DNA of 63,999 nucleotides, the filler included, from an uncultured bacterium (GTDB lineage Bacteria > CAYSBA01), in assembly GCA_964429075.1 (NCBI GenBank). It is 9 parts of 9 records of this genome, joined end to end, with 100 filler letters (N's around TTAATTAATTAA, not from the genome) between each part and the next. Parts side by side here need not be neighbours in the genome. Positions count along the whole stretch, not along the records: positions 53,437 to 60,875 come from CAYSBA010000053.1; positions 60,976 to 63,999 come from CAYSBA010000234.1; 7 more parts are not named here. One strand, 5' to 3'. Positions 58,630-63,999 of the stretch are shown here, in pieces. The notes under the pieces are model-generated. The model was not told the origin of the DNA, did no database searches, and saw only the letters and a list, made by a program, of their open reading frames with translations. A program made the translations under genes and the position numbers. The stretch's first letter is position 1; each line of letters opens with the position of its first letter.

Positions 58630-59869
58630 GATCAAGGACAAATTGAGACTTTTGACCGAGAGTAGAGGTTCAGCAAAAAAGGATATTATAGATCGACTCA
58701 AGAGTGAAATTAAGGATATTGAGAGGTCATATGCCAGAAAACCTATAAAAAAGAGGACAGAGTTTATAAAAAGTATACCCTTTCTTGAAGGGACAGATGG
58801 TGTAAGGGTCTTGAGGAGTTATATTGCACCGGGTTCTGAGTGGTTTCATGAAGATATCTTAAGATTTAAAGATGTTGACCCACAGGAACTGGTTGTACTT
58901 GGCGTTGACAAAAGACTTAAAACTATAGACCCATCTAAGCTACTATTTCTTGATACAGAGACAACAGGACTTGCAGGTGGAAGTGGGACAGTTGCATTTC
59001 TAATAGGGGTAGGTAGATACACCGGAGATGGGGTAGTGATAGAACAGCTATTTCTCGATAAAAGGGGTGCAGAGGGAATCATGTTAGAATATCTGGAAAA
59101 AATTCTTTTTGAAGCAAGTGGTCTTGTTACCTTTAACGGAAAGAGCTACGATGTAAGCAGCATACTCAGAAACAGAAGTATACTATTTTTAAAAAGAGAT
59201 ATCTTTGCAGATATCCCACACATTGACCTTTTACACTCTGCAAGGAGAATCTATGGATACAGCCTTGATAGTGTATCACTGAAATCTCTTGAAAGAACAG
59301 TCCTTGCAATAGAGAGGGTTGAGGATATTGAATCGTCGCTGATCCCGCAGTTCTATAGAGATTATCTATTTTACGGCATGGATACACATATGAAGACAAT
59401 CTTTGAACACAACCTGTGGGATGTACTATCAATGTTCAGACTCGCATATAGGATGTGTCTTGTTATAAGGGATCCCTGGAGTCACCCCAACGATATGGGT
59501 AGACTTAAGGTTGCAAAAATGAGGGAAAGGGTTGGAGATAGCGAGAGAAAGATAAAACTGTTGTATGACCTATTAGATTCTACCGATGATTTAGTAAGCT
59601 ACAATGCCTATATGGACCTGGCAAAACACTACAAGCGAAAGAAAGAATATCAAAAAGCTGTAGAAATTTTGATAAAATGCACAGAGAGACATGGTAAAGA
59701 GATGAAGATATGTATTGAGATAGCAAAGATCTACGAACACAACCTGAAAGATTTCAAAAAGGCATTATTATATACAGAATATGCACTGGATGATTGTCTT
59801 GACTTTATGTTAGAAGAGGAACTTATTCATAGAAAAGAACGACTTCTGAAAAAGATAAAAAGACTATAG
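58622..59869 (+). CDS. RNase H-like (DEDD) exonuclease with C-terminal TPR (YprB/MrfB family)
   Basis: FLDTETTGL.GG.G..AFLIG.G, TFNGKSYD, HIDLLH.ARR, HN..DV.S, AK.YEH. Confidence 0.92.
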   Translation: MSKIKDKLRLLTESRGSAKKDIIDRLKSEIKDIERSYARKPIKKRTEFIKSIPFLEGTDGVRVLRSYIAPGSEWFHEDILRFKDVDPQELVVLGVDKRLKTIDPSKLLFLDTETTGLAGGSGTVAFLIGVGRYTGDGVVIEQLFLDKRGAEGIMLEYLEKILFEASGLVTFNGKSYDVSSILRNRSILFLKRDIFADIPHIDLLHSARRIYGYSLDSVSLKSLERTVLAIERVEDIESSLIPQFYRDYLFYGMDTHMKTIFEHNLWDVLSMFRLAYRMCLVIRDPWSHPNDMGRLKVAKMRERVGDSERKIKLLYDLLDSTDDLVSYNAYMDLAKHYKRKKEYQKAVEILIKCTERHGKEMKICIEIAKIYEHNLKDFKKALLYTEYALDDCLDFMLEEELIHRKERLLKKIKRL

Positions 59870-59872
59870 ACA

Positions 59873-59944
59873 AGCCAGGAGGGGGATTCGAACCCCCAAC
59901 CCGCGCATTACGAATGCGCTGCTCTACCGTTGAGCCATCCTGGC
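59873..59944 (-). tRNA. tRNA-Thr(CGT), CCA not encoded
   Basis: Acceptor GCCAGGA/TCCTGGC; D-arm GCTC-AACGGTA-GAGC; anticodon arm GCGCA-TTCGTAA-TGCGC; T-arm GGGGG-TTCGAAT-CCCCC. Confidence 0.96.
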
Positions 59945-60003
59945 ACAGAAATTGAGATTTATTATAGTAAAGAAATATAAATTACAAGTGGCCAATCCCT
60001 GAA

Positions 60004-60875
60004 CTATGGAATAAATCCCATACCTAGACTTATTCTAAATAAGAATATGAAATTGTTAGCCAATGAACCATTATCAAGTGTAAAAGCGCCATTCATCTCT
60101 GCAGAGATATTGTAAAAAAAATGGTTATTCTCAAAAAGATTACCAGTTCTGAATGAGGCACTCAGCATAGTTATGGTTAGCCATCTTTTGTTGTCGCTAC
60201 TCCACAGGGAAACACCCAGCCTGTCAAAGATTCCCAATTCATAACCTCTATCCAGAAAGACCTCTGTAAAAGGAAAAGATGCACCTGCAAACAATATAGA
60301 ACGGTTATGGTTCATAAATATATACTGATAACCTAAAAAGGCCTCAACTGGTAGATAGCAGATTGAATCGCTCATCTTATAGCAGTAAAACAGCGTCCGA
60401 ATATTTGAGCCGATTACTGTTGAGAGAAAATCACCAGAATCAACTGAAACCAGTGCACCACCAAGGTCTGGCTCAAGATAAAAGATAGGATATTTTGTCA
60501 TTTTGAGATAGTAAGGCAATATATTCTTTGATTTTTCAGCATATGCAATATCTTTTTTTTCTTTTAGGGAGATTATCGCATCAAACACATCAACAGATGC
60601 ATCTATTATCTGAGTAAGAATCATCCTGTTGACTTCAGTCATATTTTTTGTATACCATCTGCCTTCTGGTGCTGTTAAAAAATCCCTCAACAGTTCAAAG
60701 AGTCCAGCAGGATCATCTTCAAGATAGTATAGATATTGAACAATAGAATTTGCAATAAGTTGATCCTGTAGAGACTTCTGTATGTTGTCAGGTAACGTAT
60801 CTTTAATCTCTTTTTCATTTAAGCCGTTTTTTTTTAGTATCATCTTAATTCCATTTACCAGCCTGTTAGCAATCA
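60004..60875 (-). CDS. Hypothetical protein, 5' truncated; helical region then beta-strand-rich C-terminus
   Basis: Frame open from the contig edge; aromatic amphipathic strands ending FRISLGMGFIP. Confidence 0.6.
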
Positions 60876-60976
60876 NNNNNNNNNNNNNNNNNNNNNNNNN
60901 NNNNNNNNNNNNNNNNNNNTTAATTAATTAANNNNNNNNNNNNNNNNNNNNNNNNNNNNNNNNNNNNNNNNNNNNT

Positions 60977-61030
60977 AAGTATGGTGTAGAAGGGTTATTA
61001 TCGAGAATGAAAAGAAAGTGCAAAGATTAG
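60977..61030 (+). CDS. C-terminal fragment, possibly of an MlaC/Ttg2D/HpnM-like protein
   Basis: KYGVEGLLSRMKRKCKD* resembles the G.DGLI..L..K terminal helix of the MlaC family; only 17 aa visible. Confidence 0.35.
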   Translation, partial: KYGVEGLLSRMKRKCKD

Positions 61031-61042
61031 GAGGGATTAAGG

Positions 61043-61849
61043 ATGTCAGAATTTCTTCAAAGAATAGATTTTTTATTTTCACTTTTTTGTATATGCCTGC
61101 TCGGTCTTTTATTTCTCATCTGGTGTTTTAGGGTTGCCCTCTTTGGGTATGGAGATGTATTCAAACGAGCAAAGCGATCAAATTCGCCCCTAATTCACAG
61201 GTTCCTGTTCGGTTACTGGTTTTTTGTTATTGATCCTGTTGCAAATCTTTTTATAAAACTAAAAATATCACCAAACATGATAACCCTTACATCACTGCTT
61301 GGATTTCTATTAGCAGGTATCCTCTTTGGTATGGGTGCATATGGTAGTGCAGGATGGATTATGATCTTTGCAGGTACACTGGACATACTTGACGGAATTG
61401 TAGCGAGACAGACAAAGAGAGTCACTCTATCTGGGAACTTTCTGGATTCTACACTCGATCGTTTTGCAGAGGTCTTTGTTTTTGGTGCCATTATCTATAC
61501 AAGTGATAACAAGCTCCTCAGCCTGTGTGCCCTGCTTGCTATGAGTGGATCACTGCTTGTAAGCTATACAAGGGCAAAAGGTGAATCCTGCGGAGTCTCT
61601 TACAGTGGTGGTATTATGCAGAGAGGTGAAAGAATATTTTATCTTGGTATAGTAGCAGCATTTATGCCTGTTATGTTTAGACTTTTTAATAACTTTTTTA
61701 ACGATAATTACAAATTACCACTTATCGTGATACTGTCCTTTATCGCACTATTTTCATGGCAGACCGCTGTCAACAGGTTGATATGGATTTTCAACCAGCT
61801 CAAGGCCTCTGAGTACAACCAGAAAGAAGGTAGTCCAGCTGAGATTTAG
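61043..61849 (+). CDS. CDP-alcohol phosphatidyltransferase (PgsA/PIPS-like)
   Basis: SPN.IT, D.LDG.VAR......SG.FLDS.LDR, VSY.RA.GE, G.MQR.ER. Confidence 0.92.
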   Translation: MSEFLQRIDFLFSLFCICLLGLLFLIWCFRVALFGYGDVFKRAKRSNSPLIHRFLFGYWFFVIDPVANLFIKLKISPNMITLTSLLGFLLAGILFGMGAYGSAGWIMIFAGTLDILDGIVARQTKRVTLSGNFLDSTLDRFAEVFVFGAIIYTSDNKLLSLCALLAMSGSLLVSYTRAKGESCGVSYSGGIMQRGERIFYLGIVAAFMPVMFRLFNNFFNDNYKLPLIVILSFIALFSWQTAVNRLIWIFNQLKASEYNQKEGSPAEI

Positions 61850-63131
61850 CCCTTATTGTCTCAATCCTCATCATTCCCAGTCTTGCCCTGAGCTCGTAGT
61901 ATCTCTTAAAGGCCTCTACCAGATCGCGTGAGTCACCAACGCCTATCGTGAAATTCATATTTTCTTCAATGAACCAATCTTTGGCAGACTTAATTGATCT
62001 TTTCAGGAGTTTCATAGCATTAAGCAGTGCATTATACTGTGTAAGCAGTGTTTTTCTCCTGATGTCAATCTCTCTTGTTTTTGCCTCTGTATCATATCTA
62101 AAAGCCTCTCCCATAAGATTTAGCCTCTTTTCCCTTTTCCAGACAACAAAAGGATTCAGATCAAAACGCATTGCCACACCAAGAATTGCATTAAAAAAGT
62201 TGTATGGATCGTAAACAAAGGGGTTTTTTTGATCATCACATACTGTGCATCTTGCAACTGACATCCCTCCTATTATAGCAAAATCTGGTAACAGCTTCAG
62301 CCTCTCAAGGATGCTCTTTTGTTTCTGAATTCTGTATTTAAGCTCTAAAATCTTTACTTCAGGATGATCCTTATTTTTACAGGACTCAATCTGTTCTGGT
62401 TCAAAGAAAAGTTTCTGAGGTCTCCATGATGCTTTTAGTTTGATTGAGGTCATATCTTCAAGGGAGACACGAATCCCATCAATCTGGCCCCTGATATTTT
62501 CTTTGTAGAAAAGAAGTTCATCCCTGTGACTCAAAAGACGAAGTACTTCTGGATCCTTTTCTACATCTTCAATACCTACTTTTTTGAGCCTTTTTTTCAT
62601 TTTCTTAATAGCATCTTTGATTTTTTCATCCGCTTCATCAATAACATCAATCAAAGAATATAGTTCTGAAAGTCTGTAATAAAGAGATGTTATGAGTATA
62701 GTTAATTTTTGTCTTGTAAGGTCCTTCAAGATTATGGCAAGATTTTTGTAGCTAACAGATTCTTTTTTTAAGAGATCAATCTTACCAAAAGTGTAGATTG
62801 GAACTGTAAAACCCGCCTTTAGGCTACCAAGTATACCGTATCTATCGACAAAAAAATCATCCTGGTTTGTATCACTATGTAAAACATCCCCGGTTCGTTC
62901 TGGCATTGGTCCTGCAGCTGCATTAATCTTAATTCTTGGTAGTGAAAGAGAAGAGACCTCCTCTAAGAGCACATTAGCAGCCTCTATTCTCAACTCTGCT
63001 GCCTTGAGATGGGGTAGATTTGACAGTGCTGCATCAATAAGGGTCTTAAGATCGGGCCTTTTCTCATCAGCGTAAGTTGTTGAAAAACACAACAACAGGC
63101 TAAAAAAATAAAAGATCATTCCCTTCATCAT
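61800..63131 (-). CDS. TolC-family outer-membrane efflux protein
   Basis: Signal peptide; L..LI..AL, PIYTFGK, Y..L, P.F...G, G.....DL..A. Confidence 0.8.
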   Translation of the reverse strand: MMKGMIFYFFSLLLCFSTTYADEKRPDLKTLIDAALSNLPHLKAAELRIEAANVLLEEVSSLSLPRIKINAAAGPMPERTGDVLHSDTNQDDFFVDRYGILGSLKAGFTVPIYTFGKIDLLKKESVSYKNLAIILKDLTRQKLTILITSLYYRLSELYSLIDVIDEADEKIKDAIKKMKKRLKKVGIEDVEKDPEVLRLLSHRDELLFYKENIRGQIDGIRVSLEDMTSIKLKASWRPQKLFFEPEQIESCKNKDHPEVKILELKYRIQKQKSILERLKLLPDFAIIGGMSVARCTVCDDQKNPFVYDPYNFFNAILGVAMRFDLNPFVVWKREKRLNLMGEAFRYDTEAKTREIDIRRKTLLTQYNALLNAMKLLKRSIKSAKDWFIEENMNFTIGVGDSRDLVEAFKRYYELRARLGMMRIETIRAKSQLDYLLSGCTQRP

Positions 63132-63997
63132 TAAGCCTCCTGTTTAAACCCCATACTCTGCAATAGTGCAGGAAGGAGTATCAATGAGGTAAGAATCATG
63201 ATAAGAAGACCGGCAACAGCAAGTTTACCTATTGAATGTAGACCGCTGTGGGATGCAAGTAGTAAAGAGCCAAAACCAATCATTGATGTAAATGTAGACA
63301 GCAATATAGGAACAAGGAGATTCTTTAGTACATGAAGGATTCCCTCATTTGGATGTTTAAGATAGGAATGAACTATATGGACCCCACTGTCGACACCAAT
63401 ACCAAGTATGATAGGAAGAACTACTATATTAAAAAGATTCAACTTTATATCCCAAAGAACCATATATCCCAGCAACCACATAAATCCGATACATACAGGA
63501 AGCATCGCAAGAATTGCCTGTACTGGCCTTTTAAAATCTAAGAGAAGTAGCAAAAAGATAGAAAGGGCAGAAATAAAAACTGCCTTTATCCCATCTCTTT
63601 TGATCAACTCAAGGATCTTGGCCATAATCATGCTCTCTCCCGCAATTGTAGCGTTATCCCTTGTCAGGATCTTATTTATGCCTGTTATTGTTCTATTGAG
63701 GGCAAGTACACCAAGACCGTTGTCAAGACTTACCGAAGGATACAAAAGTGCAACAAAAAAGGCCTTACCGTTCTTTTTTAATCTCAGACTCTCTCTCATG
63801 AATTCAGGTACATCCTTTATCGCAGGGGGTCTTAGACTTATCTTTGTTGCGATCCTCTTGAGCTCGCTGTTCAGAACATCAGGATAGCTCCTGTTAATAC
63901 TTAGAAGTTCATCTTTTATCTTTCTTACGATAATCTCTTTTTCTGACGTATTATCAGGCAATAAATCGCTGTAGGTTATACATTTTGTCAGTGTTTT
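63131..63997 (-). CDS. MMPL/RND (HpnN-like) transporter, C-terminal part (runs off window end)
   Basis: LLLLDF, LP..G..W..G.M, N....P.ILGIGVD.GVH, TSMIGFGSL..A.H.GL.SIG. Confidence 0.9.
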   Translation of the reverse strand, partial: KTLTKCITYSDLLPDNTSEKEIIVRKIKDELLSINRSYPDVLNSELKRIATKISLRPPAIKDVPEFMRESLRLKKNGKAFFVALLYPSVSLDNGLGVLALNRTITGINKILTRDNATIAGESMIMAKILELIKRDGIKAVFISALSIFLLLLLDFKRPVQAILAMLPVCIGFMWLLGYMVLWDIKLNLFNIVVLPIILGIGVDSGVHIVHSYLKHPNEGILHVLKNLLVPILLSTFTSMIGFGSLLLASHSGLHSIGKLAVAGLLIMILTSLILLPALLQSMGFKQEA

Positions 63998-63999
63998 TA

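Noticed and set aside
55209..59944. Integrative element (tyrosine recombinase plus cargo next to tRNA-Thr)
   Set aside because: The recombinase is Xer-type in the usual xerC-hslVU context; I saw no duplicated tRNA 3' end or phage/conjugation genes

Overview
This window is not one locus. It is nine separate contigs joined by artificial 100-bp linkers (44 N + TTAATTAATTAA + 44 N). The seven complete contigs fall in decreasing length (7600, 7570, 7520, 7516, 7443, 7442, 7439 bp), which points to a length-sorted draft or metagenome-assembled genome, so adjacency across linkers means nothing. The organism is an AT-rich, gene-dense diderm bacterium. Its accessory genes resemble Myxococcota/Deltaproteobacteria (inference): MopE-like repeats, choice-of-anchor-D Ig domains, CxxDxDC lipoproteins, a GltD-like TPR lipoprotein and pseudo-receiver proteins. 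Contents by contig: (1) tuf end plus the S10/spc ribosomal cluster, which lacks rplC; (2) a Cys/Asp-rich repeat surface protein, a CNNM transporter, polA and a GAF protein; (3) coaX, ald, a Cys-rich lipoprotein, a beta-barrel protein and an ORF-poor tail; (4) yjbQ, a TPR lipoprotein, ruvX, prmC, murA, lipBA and hflKC; (5) rlmD, MarR, lipoproteins, mlaEFD with a long beta-barrel-tailed MlaD, and queC; (6) lon, an Ig-repeat lipoprotein, a degenerate PolX-PHP, pssA and Rrf2; (7) a receiver/thiL/PAS-kinase operon, a FadF-like Fe-S oxidoreductase and htpX; (8) hslUV, xerC, an MrfAB-like helicase/nuclease pair and tRNA-Thr; (9) a CDP-alcohol phosphotransferase, TolC and MMPL. I saw no CRISPR array, rRNA, prophage or intact IS. 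The best leads are the envelope lipid-trafficking modules (bridge-type MlaD; MMPL-TolC with a possible MlaC), the missing rplC, the polymerase-dead PolX, the dispersed Cys-rich lipoprotein family and several apparently leaderless transcripts. All family assignments come from motif recognition by eye; no database search was run.
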